DNA from: Cenococcum geophilum
Taxonomy: Eukaryota
DNA length: 64,000 nt
Direction of reading: 5' to 3'
Assembly: GCA_050273025.1 (NCBI GenBank)
Contig: CP158635.1
Location: 19,158,001 to 19,222,000 of the forward strand
The position numbers and the translations under genes are program-made. The number at the start of each line of letters is the position of its first letter. The first letter of the stretch is position 1. Of this stretch, positions 13,675 through 25,800 are shown piece by piece. The notes under the pieces are model-generated. The model was not told the DNA's origin. It did not search any database and saw only the letters and a list, made by a program, of their open reading frames with translations.

Positions 13675-13971
13675 TATAGGCTTTAAGTAGCTTTAAAAAA
13701 TAGGCGACGGCGATATATTAGCATGGAGGATGGGTGGTGGCATGCGCGAGTACAGAAAAAGGGTTCAAACAGGTGAGGATTCGGCAAATTTCTATTTTTG
13801 ATCATGGTTTCTGGCATTTGATCGTCTTTTACCGAAGCGACTGTAAGCGAAATTTAGCAAGCATTTAGCGTGGCGAGGTGAAAAGAGGCCTTATATGAAC
13901 GCGTGCGTGATCAGAAAACCGCGAACTCACGTTGAGTCTCGCGGCACTCCGTAGATCTCTAGTATGCTACC

Positions 13972-14613
13972 ATGGTCCGACTCAAACACAGGTATCTCCT
14001 TGTCACTTTTTTGTACCCTTCGTCTTTGACTGGCCTACCCATCAAAGATTCACTGCCGGATATACTCCAGTTCAACCAACCAAGTTCCGACCAGCTGACG
14101 GTTCCGCTCCTAATAAAAGCAATTAGAGAGGGCGTCGCAGAGCTTTTTGGCGATTACGGTGTAGGAGTAGTCTCCAGTAGTCTCCAAGGTCGGCTTCCTT
14201 ATCAAATACTTCAGCAAATAAAACTAACTAATTCATATTCTTCAGTTAAATACCTCTCGCCAGCAACTTCTACAGCAATCATACGAACACCACGTGCCCA
14301 CTATCAGCTCGTTTGGGCAGCATTAACATTTATCACAAGATTGCCGAAACCAATAAACCAGCCATGTGTTGTCCGGATTGTGAGAGTGTCAGGAACAATT
14401 AGAAAATCGGAAGAAGAGGTCATCAAAAGGGCAAAGACTACGATATTGAGAGCGCAAGAAATTCCTATGGGTGGAGAAGAACCTACTAGATCTGTGAAAT
14501 CCGAAAGTCACACAGGTGGCCGATCCGTAAATGGTCGTGGGGAGGATGCCGTGATGGCTATCGAAGACGACGAGGAGGGCGAAGATGACTTCGATAGCGA
14601 CAACGAGGGTTGA
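13972..14613 (+). CDS. POP5: RNase P/MRP subunit Pop5 (Rpp14/Pop5 family); intron 14189-14245
   Basis: MVRLKHRYLL start, LFGDYG, VKYLSPATSTAIIR and VSGTIRK motifs, acidic tail. GT...CTAAC...CAG intron restores SLQVKY. Confidence 0.93.
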   Translation: MVRLKHRYLLVTFLYPSSLTGLPIKDSLPDILQFNQPSSDQLTVPLLIKAIREGVAELFGDYGVGVVSSSLQGRLPYQILQQIKLTNSYSSVKYLSPATSTAIIRTPRAHYQLVWAALTFITRLPKPINQPCVVRIVRVSGTIRKSEEEVIKRAKTTILRAQEIPMGGEEPTRSVKSESHTGGRSVNGRGEDAVMAIEDDEEGEDDFDSDNEG

Positions 14614-15073
14614 GTTCTTATGGCTCAGGTAACATGCAAACACGAAATTGGCAGCATTGCCAATAGGACTTAACTCGAGACAGTACGAAATAGTCTCGCT
14701 GTGGTATGTACTTTCTTCTATGATGGCTATCATCTTTGTGTAACCGAAAACGCAGGCTTCTCTAGGAGGGATCACGACCAGCACCTACAAGGGATCTGTG
14801 ACTCCGTTTGCGACTTTTGGTCAGCGGGTCCTGATTTACTACCAGCTCAGCCCTGATTCACGAATTGTAAAATTCTATTTTGTCCACGTCGCAACAAAGA
14901 AAACACTGGCTCCGCTTTGTATGATAGTCGCCTCCTAACGTTAATAGAGGCTTCGAAAAAAATGCCGCCCGTAATCGTCGAAGCCACGCGCGACTGGGAC
15001 TGAGCTCCGAACTAATCAGCACCAGTCCGAATCACCCACTACCCTTTGGATCATACTTAGGTACTACATAAAT

Positions 15074-15720
15074 ATGACAGGGTTACCACCATCTCCCTCC
15101 TTATCCACAAAAGGACAATGGCTCTTTCTCAACCACTACCTAAATGAGATGCCCTTATCCGAAACTCTCGGCACAAATACAGATTGGATTTGTCCTTCTC
15201 TCCACAGCCCTCTCTTGCTCACCGTGCTCGCCAAAAAAATCGCCGAGTGAGATCTCCATCACGCCGAAGCTGTGCACACACGCTTAGCTTCCTAGTACGG
15301 TATTAAGGTTCCGACTTACGAACCTGTACTGACGTCTCTAGCAAATGTGGCGTTCGGCACGGAGGGTTTTGCCAGTATAGACTTGCGCAGTCCTATGATT
15401 CCACAGCATGTGTCGCTTCCAACAGTATCACGGCGGCGGTTGAGTGGGCGTCAATTTCGTTCACTTTCAGCGGACGTGGATAGGGAAGAAGAGAAGGCAT
15501 TAGTATTGAAGCTGTTCGCGGAGGACCGGGGAAAAGGATGCAGTGAGAGGCGGCACGGTGTTGGATCGAGTGACGCCTTGACTTTTACGCGGATATGTTT
15601 AGGTTAGCAGATGCAACACCTGGAGGGAGAACTCTTATTTGGCAGGAGCTGATTAAGGCTCGGGTGGAGTGTGAGTCGTTTATGGAGCAAATTGGGGGGC
15701 TCAAGTTCGTCAGGGTATAA
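15074..15720 (+). pseudogene. Possible degenerate (non-RIP) gene remnant between POP5 and BUB3
   Basis: ATG-led 58-codon ORF, a canonical-looking intron (GTACGG...ACTGAC...TAG, ~15295-15341) and a downstream coding-like frame (…RLDFYADMFRL…KFVRV*) broken by stops. Confidence 0.25.
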
Positions 15721-15968
15721 TTGTAAGATCTACTGTATGAACTGGCAGTCTTCAACCTCTAGAATATGCATCAAACTTTCGTTCGATTCTTCAAGAAGCG
15801 TGCAGATATTCCAAAGCGACCTAGCGCACTTCGATGCCTTTTCAGCTGTGAATGTATGTCCTTGTTTCATTGTACTATTTTCATGCCCTCCCACCTACCA
15901 TGAGACCTAAAGTCCTGACCAAGCCACCAGTGAGCCATCAGAACGCCATACGCCTTGCCAGGAGAACG

Positions 15969-17144
15969 CTATCCTTTTGCAGCCTTGCCCTTCGCCTCTG
16001 AATCGGACAATTCACGGACAAACACTTTCATCACGCCCTCGATATCCTCTTTGCCATCTTCAAATCCTGGGCTCACACCAATAGCGAGGTGTTTCCCGTC
16101 GCATGAAAATGATAAGGATGCCACACTTGCCGGGAACCGCTGGTATTGCCTAATTCTTCTCTTTGCAATACCATCCCACAACGCAACAACTCCATCACCG
16201 CCACCTGAGGCGAATGTACCATGAACAGGATGGAATGCGAGCGCGTTAACCGGATATATGACGTCGACGCCATCCACAGCTTGGCGGTGGCACTTGAATG
16301 CATACTTCCTGGCCTGAGATGTCTGTGACGGATCAAACCACTCTACCGCTACGCGGCCCTCAATACTACTGCTCGCGTAACCCGCATCGTTTGGCATGCA
16401 GGCAACCGCGCGTGTCATGAACTTCATCGAGCTTTCGCGACGCTGCCACGGCTCAACCTCGACAAGATTCGGAGGTTGTGCAGCCTCGGACTGCGAGGTG
16501 AGCATTTGTAGTGCCTTGAGGTCGTAGATATGCACTGCTCGCGAAGCCATCGCAACAACGAGTTTAGTCGCCGTGAGGGAGAGCGAGAAGGGTTTGCCTG
16601 GTAGACGAATTGTGGCAGGCATGTTAGTCGGGTTTGAAGGAATATGAACGTGGAGGGTCGAGTCCCAGGAGCCAGAGATCAACAATGAGGTTTCAGGGTT
16701 GTACACCACAGACTTGACGCCGCCTTTGTGAGAGCTGAGGACAGTTTGTTCGCCTGTAGTAAGATCGATCCTATCAAAGCTCTCTTAGCAAATACACCCA
16801 ATTATGCTAAAGTTATGTGATAACGTACCTCCGCACATCCCAGTCCAAACCACAACTGAAAGCCTCGTTGTCATCTTTCCCAAAGGTAACATCTAAAACT
16901 GGCGCCCGGTGCTCAAACTTCTGGATTAGCTTTCCTCCAGGCTCTGCATGTGTGTCGTAGAGGTAAACATTCTTATCCCATGAAGAGACGAGCAGGCGCG
17001 TTGAAGTGTTTGGAGAGAACTTGACCGCGGAGATGGCGTCGCTCGGTGGCTGTGATAACTCGAATTGGTCTGTATTAGTTTAGAAAGTTAGCTCGGTCTC
17101 TACGACTATGACTGGGGCCATTTAAAAAACGTACTGGAACTCAT
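15969..17144 (-). CDS. BUB3: Spindle assembly checkpoint WD40 protein Bub3; introns ~17070-17134 and 16771-16828
   Basis: Spliced start MSSNQFELSQPPSDAISAVKFSP. Motifs QRRESSMKFMTRAV, SSIEGRVAVEWFD, YAFKCHR, YPVNALAFHP and FASGGGDG. Confidence 0.93.
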
Positions 17145-17285
17145 TGTGAGACTTGTTTATAGAAGAAAGGTAAAGCTTGCCAGAAGGTTTAAGAAGTGAA
17201 AGGCGGTGTGGATTTCTGCCCCTCTAATTCAGAAGTCCGCCACTTTGTCTTTGCTCTCTTGCTAGACCTTGCACTTCTTCGAGAT
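17145..17285. promoter_or_regulatory. Very short bidirectional promoter shared by BUB3 and GPN2
   Basis: Only 141 bp between divergent ATGs at 17144 and 17286, with a purine-rich left half and pyrimidine-rich right half. Confidence 0.65.
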
Positions 17286-18597
17286 ATGCCTTTCGCACAA
17301 CTAGTAATAGGGCCTCCGGGCTCTGGTAAATCTACCTATTGCGATGGAATGCACCAATTTATGTCTGCTATCGGCCGGAAATGTTCTGTCGTTAACCTCG
17401 ACCCCGCCAACGATCATACCTCCTACCCCGTCGCCCTCGATGTGCGGGATCTCGTAACCCTAGACGAAATTATGGAAACAGAAGAGCTGGGGCCGAACGG
17501 AAGTGTTCTCTATGCGCTGGAGGAGCTAGAACACAATTTTGAGTGGCTAGAAGAGGGGCTGAAGCAACTCGGAGGTCCGCAATCAGGGCCAACCTTGTTC
17601 CTTGATAGCTGCTAACCACTGTCCATATAGAGGACTATATCCTATTTGATTGTCCTGGCCAAGTCGAAATCTTTACGCATCACTCTTCTCTCCGCAACAT
17701 ATTCTTCCGCCTTCAAAAGCTCGGGTATAGAGTCCGCCCTCCCATGATCCATCCATATGAAACTTCCACTTCCTGCAATCTCATGAATCGTCAGACTTAC
17801 TTCCTTTCTAGCTAGTAGCGTTACACCTTACAGATTCTTATGTTCTCACTCAACCCTCAATATACATATCCGCGCTGCTGCTCGCGCTACGCAGTATGCT
17901 GCAAATGGACCTCCCTCACCTAAATGTGTTAACCAAGATTGACAACCTTGCAAACTACCCTAACCTCCCTTTCGACTTAGACTTCTATACCGAGGTGCAC
18001 TCACTCTCCTACCTCCTCCCCCATCTCGCTGCCGAGCAGACCTCAAGATCAATCTCTACTCGCGCCAAATCAACATCGAAAGAGGCAAACGGTAACGTCG
18101 GTGGCGACGTAGCTGACGATGTCCCCACAGCCAAATTCGCAGCTCTCAACCAAGCCATAATTGACCTTGTAGAAGACTACTCTCTCGTGGGATTTGAAAC
18201 CCTTGCCGTAGAAGATAAGAAGAGTATGATGATACTTCTACGGGCTATTGATCGAGCGGGCGGTTACGCGTTCGGAAGCGCCGAAGGCGCGAATGATACT
18301 GTGTGGCAAATTGCTATGCGCCAAGACGCTGTGACTATGGATGCCAGAGATGTGCAGGAACGGTGGCTTGACAGACGAGAGGAGATGGATGAGGAAGAGC
18401 GGAGGGAATGGGAGGAGGAAGTGAAAGCTCTGAAGGAGGTGCCTGAGGATGAGGGCTCCGTAGCGGAGAAGGCGGGAGGAAGTGGAAAGAAGAACGGAGG
18501 CGGAGGAAGCGATGACGGTGAGGAAGATTTAGAAGAAATGGAGAAGATGAAGGCTGCGATGAAGGATAGCGGGATTAAAATCATTCGGAAAGGGTGA
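17286..18597 (+). CDS. GPN2: GPN-loop GTPase 2; introns 17575-17630 and 17732-17811
   Basis: P-loop GPPGSGKST, NLDPAN, LGPNG, FDCPGQVE (after splicing) and HLNVLTKID. The MPFAQLVIGPPG start is typical of GPN2. Confidence 0.9.
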
Positions 18598-19041
18598 AGA
18601 TTAACAGAAGTCAGGAAGACGAGCTCTCGTAATGCTCAGGATTCGATTTTACGGAATTTAGAAAACATAGAACTAATATCAGAAGGGGCCTTGAAGTGGT
18701 ATTGTAACATACAAATAATCCTGCCTTAATACATCTTAAATATCTACCGTGCATGTCCATAAAGGGTAAGCCGAAAAAATGCTCGTAGGGCTGAAGCATT
18801 CCCCTGTCACGGGACATTCTCACACTCTGTAGATACTTCCGAACACTGCTGTGAATACAACGTCCAATATTGTTTGTGGTGACCTGTTTGGAACGAGAGA
18901 AAATTGGCCTTTTTGAAACAGTCTGAAAGAAGTGCCTTAAAGCCAGTGTTTATGTCTTGGCGACTCCGACCATGACGAAACTCCAAAGCCCGTAGCTCGG
19001 TTCATAGACCACCGCGAATCCACCAACCTTGCTCCACCGCG

Positions 19042-20737
19042 ATGAGCGAGCTTCTTGCATTCATCCTCAGCCATGAGGAAGCTTTTCGAAGGTATCATTT
19101 CTCTGGCATTCACCCAGTCAAATTGCCTATCAAACTAACCCCCGCTCTAGTCGAGGTCGCCTGTCGTCGCTCTATTCCGACTTCCGCCTACAGCTCAACA
19201 CAAACCCGGATGGCTACTATGCAAATATCTCAGCTTGGAAGAAAGCTCTTACAGATGCAGCTCGTGCTGGGGTTATTCCTGCTCAGGGAGCGGTGAACAA
19301 TCTGTTGACGGTTAGGACTGGGGAGGAGCTATCGCGAGCTCTTGCGAGCAAAGAATGGGGACGACCTATGGCTCTAGGGGCTGTTATAGTGAGTAGAGCG
19401 GATTCTATGAGAACACCATTCGATTTACTAACTTTTTGGACAGCAAGATGCTGTAGCAAAGAGAGAGATGGTTCCTCTGAAAGACTTCCTGACCTCCAAA
19501 ACTAGTATTTACAACAGAAGCTGGAACATATCGCCGTGGCAAGTCATATCTTGGGGACTGCGACAAATAGGAGTGCTTGGAGAGCCAGGAAGTCAGGACA
19601 GACTAGCTGTGGGAAACTTCGTAGTCGTAGCAAACGTAGAGGTAATTCAGGATCCACTCCTCTGCTAGTTGTACTTAGAAGCATAAATACTAACAGATAC
19701 AGGCCGCGGCTAATTACATTCTCAAATATATGAGTTCTCGTACCTCAAAAGCAGATCTCGTATACTCGCGAGCGACCTTTGCTCACGAATTCGCCCACGC
19801 CTTGAACCCTACGCATTCGTTGACCCCTGTTGATCTCAACATCCTCCTAGCCTACCTTGCCCGGGACAAACAAGAAATATCTTTTGATTCCAAGACAATA
19901 AAGTTCAAATCTACGAACGAGACCATCCCATCTCCAATAACCCAACAGGATGCAACAATCGCAAATCTCCGTGATCTCATCTCGTCACTTAACACTCAGC
20001 TACCCCCATTGACAGTCCGCATTGCAACCCTAGATGCAAGCGCCCGTGCGGCGGTAGCGTCGAAATCGGCAACCGCAGCCCGGAGCGCATTGCGTTCTAA
20101 AAAGCTTGCCGAAGCAACGCTTGCACGTCGCACGGATACCCTTACACAGCTTGAAGAGGTGTTCTCTAAGATCGAGGCGGCGGCAGACCAGGTCGAGATT
20201 GTAAGAATAATGGAAGCGAGTGCAGTCGTCTTGCGAGGTCTACATAAAGAGGTGGGAGGCGTAGAAGGTGTCGAGGGGGTTGTCGATGCTCTGAAAGAGG
20301 AAATGGGCCGGGTGGATGAGGTTTCGGGCATCATCAACGAAGTCGGACAAGAAGGCGCGGTTATTGATGAGGCCGAGGTCGACGAGGAATTCGAAGCGCT
20401 AGAGCGGGTAGAGAGGGATAAGGCAGAGAAGATAGAGAAAGAAGAGAGAGTAAAGAGGGCAAAGGAGGAGGCGGAGAAAACGAGTATACGACTTGCGGAA
20501 TTGGAGAAGTTCGAAAAACAAGAAAAAGAACAACGAGAACAGCGCGAACGAGAGGAACAGAGAGAGTTGGAGAAGTTGGAGAAGCAAGCCGGAGAAGAGC
20601 CTGCAGTGGAAGAGACTTCTCAATCGCTTTCGGGCATGTCTTTCAAGAACTCTGAGAACTTTGTGTCTACAAATTCGGAGCAACAGCAAGAAAAGGTGGA
20701 AAAGTCTCCCGAGCTTCTCCCGGTAGCGCTCTACTAA
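19042..20737 (+). CDS. CHM7: CHMP7/Chm7 ESCRT-II/III hybrid protein (Snf7 family); introns 19092-19150, ~19389-19443 and ~19642-19701
   Basis: Spliced N-terminus RLSSLYSDF…NPDGYYANISAWKKAL and WGRPMALG. Snf7 coiled coil ALRSKKLAE…IEAAADQVEIV…VEGVVDAL…EVDEEFEAL. Confidence 0.85.
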
Positions 20738-21442
20738 CGAGATTTCTCAAATATAGAAGTTGGGCGACCGGTGTTAGGGGAGGACATATTAGCATCTATT
20801 GTTGGTTCCGGGCGCTTTCATCAGGTTTGGCTTACATAGATTGCTGCTCTCATGTAAAGGGCAATTGATTCAATTTTATTTACATCGACACATTATCTTT
20901 TGTTTGTGCCCCTACAGGTGTAAAAGTATATTAAAGTCCACGAGGCACAAAACCAGAGCATAGCTACGATTGTATAGGGCTTCTCTTTTTATTGATAGCA
21001 AAACTCTAATCCATAAAACCAAAAGTTATACCATGGCGTGATGATGCATTGCCTGGAGAGGTCCTTCCTTCTACAAAGCGCTGGGGGGTGTGGTGTGAAC
21101 AAAGCTCGCTCGAGAGGCGATGCAGGAAGTTAGGCACAACGCAAGAAATGTCTAGAAATAGCAAGAATTGACACTTGACGAGGTTTCGGGTGGTTTGCGC
21201 AGTCATATACTAATTTCTTAACGTGGATGGTCCCTCAATATGGAGAACTACGCCACCTCTGACGTTAAACCCTAAACGAAAGTGACGTCGCAAGATTGCC
21301 TTCCCGAAGCCAAACAGCTCACAAACCACAGAACCATCACCAACCACTCCCTCAAATGAACAACCCCGCAGCCTACCCAGCAGCAATCCATCCACAATCC
21401 AGATCCGCACGCCAGAAACGCTCTCCACAGCCAACCGCCAAC

Positions 21443-22303
21443 ATGGCCTCCTCGTCAACCCCCCAAACTCCACTGCTCTAGTAAGCCCGCCTGCCCTCCA
21501 ACCCTCTCCCCCGACTCCACACCTAACATCCCGCAAACAGCTCCTGCATCGCATACAACAGCACAATCCTAACCGAGCACACCGCCTCCGCCTCCTCGCA
21601 AACCTCCTCCCTCGCCTCCCTCATCCTGCCCAAAATCTCGCACGCCGAGCCCCAAAAGCTCACCTACACCCACGGCGCCCACTTCATCCACTACATCGCC
21701 TCCGCCCCCTCCGAGCACCCCTCGACGCCCTCCGCCGGCGGGCTGACCTACCTCGTGATCGCGCAATCGGATCTGGGACGACGGATCCCGTTCGGGTTCC
21801 TGGTGACGATCAAGAACGCCTTCCTGGCGCAGTTCCCCCCGTCCGAGACGGACTTCGCGGCGCTGCCGGGGTACGGCTGCGCGGCGTTCAATGCGCGGCT
21901 GAAGCAGCTGATGGTGGCGCAGGGGACGACGGAGGCCGGCAAGCAGGATGCCCTGCGGAATGTGCAGAGCGAGATTGCGGGCGTGCGCGAGATCATGACG
22001 GAGAATATCGAGAGGGTGCTCGAGCGTGGGGAGCGCATCGATTTGCTGGTTGATAAGACGGATCGGCTCGGCGGCTCGGCGGGCGACTTTAGGGTGAGGA
22101 GTCGGGGGCTGAGGAGGCAGATGTGGTGGAAGAATGTTAGGCTAATGGCCCTGTTGGTGGTTGTGGTGCTGTTTTTGATGTATTTGCTTATTGGATCTGG
22201 ATGTGGGCTTCCGGGTGAGTGCTTCTCAGGTATCTAGGTGCAGGGGTAGCGGGGGCATGCTGCTAACTGTCCTACAGGCTGGTCGAGGTGTATTCATAAT
22301 TAA
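21443..22303 (+). CDS. NYV1: Longin-domain R-SNARE (VAMP7/Nyv1-like); introns 21481-21540 and ~22215-22277
   Basis: Longin start LLYSCIAYNSTILTEH and RRIPFGFL. Synaptobrevin motif IMTENIERVLERGERIDLLVDKTDRL, WWKN, transmembrane helix, C-terminal GCGLPGWSRC. Confidence 0.88.
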
Positions 22304-22801
22304 GCCGGACATCTGTTTTTGGGTCAAAGGAGAACGTCACTTTTTCCCCCGCGGCGTTAACTGCAAGGGGCATCCCGGGTCCATTCCATTCAAGAAACAA
22401 AATAGCCTTTATGTGTACATCTACCAATATAGTCCAACAGCCAATCAAATCGCTAGAATGCAAAAAAAAGCAAACCAAGAAATTCGCCGGCCTTTCCCCC
22501 AATATTATGCAAAAAGTCAAACTGAAAGAACCTCCCCCCACGCCTGAAAATGCGGTACATTTATGCCAAGAAATAATGCTAATGCCCACCCTGAACTCCG
22601 ATGCAGATGCTCCCAAGTGATTTTAAGTTCTAGTCTAAGATGCCTACGTCCTAGTGAGGGGATGCCATGTTTCAATCTGATATAAACCGAAATTGAGTGC
22701 CCTTATACGCCGGTACTCGGTCGGATTCAATTTGGTGGAAAAGACTAACTTAAAGCCCGGAAAACGCAAGTAACCAAGGAAAACTTTTTCGCAAGAGAGA
22801 A

Positions 22802-25800
22802 TCAAGGTGCCATAACAAGTGCTAACAAGGCCATCCGGCAGTAAAGTCCATATCGCATCTATACTTCACGATTAGCGATATGGCGCAATTGCTGGAGAAA
22901 TGGGTAGACTCACCTGTCTGAAATACGCCGCCCGCGGGTCAAAATCGACCTCCTCGTGGATCTCACTGTTCCGCGGTAGTGGATGCATAACGACCATATT
23001 TGTCTTGGCATGCTTCATGACACTGTTGTCGATGATGAAAGCGTCTTTAACAGCCTCGTAGTGCGCGAGGTCTGGGAAGCGCTCTTTCTGCACGCGGGTG
23101 CAGTACAGCACATCACTGCGGCCGACGATCTCAGGGGTGAGCTCAGTACTTTCGAGGAGCAGCTGGCCGCGCTTTTTGAGGCCCTCGCGTACGCTTTCGG
23201 GAAGCGCAAGCGTAGAAGGAGAGACGAGCTGAATGCTGACGTGGTAGTGCTTCAGCAACTCACAGAGAGAGTGCACGGTGCGGCCGTACTTGAGATCGCC
23301 GACGAACGTGATTGCGAGGCCGTTGACGGTACCGAGTTCCTCACGGATGGTAAAGAGATCTAAGAAAGCCTGTGTAGGATGCTCGCGACTCCCGTTGCCC
23401 GCGTTGATGATGGGCACATTGGAGAATTTGGCAGCTATGTCCGCCGAATCCTCGGATGGATGGCGCAGCACGATGGCATCTCCATAGCAGCCAAGCGTGC
23501 GGATAGTGTCAGCAAGAGACTCGCCTTTGTTGGTGCTGGAGGCAACTTCATTGACGACGACAGTTTGACCACCGAGACGCTTCATAGCCGCATCGAAGGA
23601 GGCGGAGGTCCGGGTTGAGGACTCAAAGAAAATCGTGCAGAGAACCTGGCCCTTGAGGACGTCCAAGCAGCCATCGCGTTGGGCACCGACCCGCATTTCT
23701 TGGGCAACCGTGAATAAAAGATGGAGATCGGTACGGTTGAACTGCTTCACAGAGATGATATCTTTGCGCTTGAACGGGGACTTCGCTAGAAGTTGTGCTA
23801 GAGAAGGTGACGTGCTGAGCCCTGGGAGCAACCGCATCACATTCTCATCCTCGTGCGCTCCAGGGGCTCTAACAAAGGTCTGGTAATCTACTTTGCTGAT
23901 CTCTAAGTCGTAATGTCGAGCAAGCGCCTCAATTAGCATCTTTGCATTTTTAACGTTAGTGACAAGCGGTGTCTGGTAATCTACCGCCATTCGCCTTGTC
24001 TGGTAGCCTCTGCTCATGTAGTTCGCAGGCCTCCGGTATCGGTTGTTAGAAGGCAGATTGATGTACAGGTCAATGAGATTGTTTGATAGATGCTGCGTCA
24101 ATGAGTACTTTGACTTCTGATCGTCATCTTGGTAATGGCTACCAAGAATTTCTAAGAACTTAACTGGGATGCCATGTTCTCGGACGTAATCGGCAGTACC
24201 AGCAGTCGCGAACAGGTTATAACCCATTTTGTGGAGGCGCTCGATGGAAGGAAGCATTTCCAATTTGTCTTTGAAAGATCCAATGGATAGAAGTATGTTC
24301 TTTCTTGGAAGTTTGAATCCCGTGGATATAAGAGCTTTGATGTATGCTTCATACTTCGTACGACCAAAGCAAGCAACCTCGCCGGTAGAAGCCATCTCGA
24401 CACCAAGGACAGGATCGGCACCCGAAAGTCTGGAGAACGAGAATTGCGGTACCTTGACTCCGACATAGTCTGCCGGAATGTTGACGGGGGGATACTCAAC
24501 CAGGGTTAAGCCAGCCATAGCTTTAGTAGCCATCTCAATCAAGTCCACGCCCATGACTTTTGAGACGAAAGGGAAAGATCGAGAGGCCCGAACGTTGCAT
24601 TCGATGACTTTGATTTCGTTATCCTTGGCAATAAACTGGATGTTGAACGGGCCTGTGATGTTCAAAGCATTGCCAATTTTACGTGTGGCATCTTCGATTC
24701 TTCGGACAGTTTCAGGATCCAAATCTTGGGGTGGTAGAATCAAAGTGGCATCTCCAGAATGAACACCAGCATTTTCAACATGCTCTGAGATGAAATGACC
24801 AATCATGGTACCATTTCGTGCAACCGCATCCATTTCAATTTCCTTGGCGTTTTCAATGTACTTCGTGATGACAACTGGGTGTTCGCGAGACACATCGACA
24901 GCTTGTGCAAGGTAATTGGCCAGGTCATCCCTCGAGTATACCGTGTTCATAGCCGCACCCGAGAGGACATACGATGGTCGGACAAGCACTGGATAGGATA
25001 CCTTCTCGCAAAATTCGGTGGCTTCTTCGATGCTCGTAAGCTCCTTCCAAGCAGGCTGATCGACGGAGATTCGATCCAACATTCGAGAGAACTTGTATCG
25101 ATTTTCGGCAGTATCGATCATCTCCGGAGAAGTTCCAAGGATTTTAACATTGAGACGATGTAAAGGAAGGGCAATGTTATTCGGAGTTTGTCCACCCATG
25201 GAAAGAATAACGCCACTCGCATTTTCCATTGTGTAAATGTCAAGTACTGTTTCCAGGGTGATGTTCTCGAAGTAGAGCCTGTCTGCTTCATCGTAATCCG
25301 TACTGACCGTCTCCGGATTGTAGTTGACCATCACAGTCTTGAAACCCTGTTCACGGAGGGTTCTGATAGCTCTGACGGAACACCAGTCGAACTCGACCGA
25401 AGAACCAATACGATACACGCCAGACCCGAGAACCATAACACCTTTGTCAGTAAAAGCGATGTCATGTTCGGTACCGTTGTAGGTCAAGTATAGGTAGTTC
25501 GTAAAAGCTGGGAATTCGGCTGCAACAGTGTCAATCTGCCTAACCACTGGGACAATACCAGCATCAACTCTGGCTCGTCGTACAGCAAGCTCATTAGAGC
25601 TCCAGAATCTAGCTAACTGGCGGTCAGAAAAGCCTAATTGTTTCGCTTGCCTCATAAGCGGCTTCGTGATCGTAATCGTATTGTACGTGCTCATAAGCTT
25701 TGCAAAGTCACTTAGACCTTTCAGTCTGTTAAGGAACCACTTGTCGATTTTGGTCATTTCCCAGATCTTATCGACAGTGTACCCAGCGTGCATAGCATTT

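Noticed and set aside
17196..17285. GTG-initiated N-terminal extension of GPN2
   Set aside because: The family-typical start is the ATG at 17286. The extension is an ORF-caller artefact in the shared promoter.
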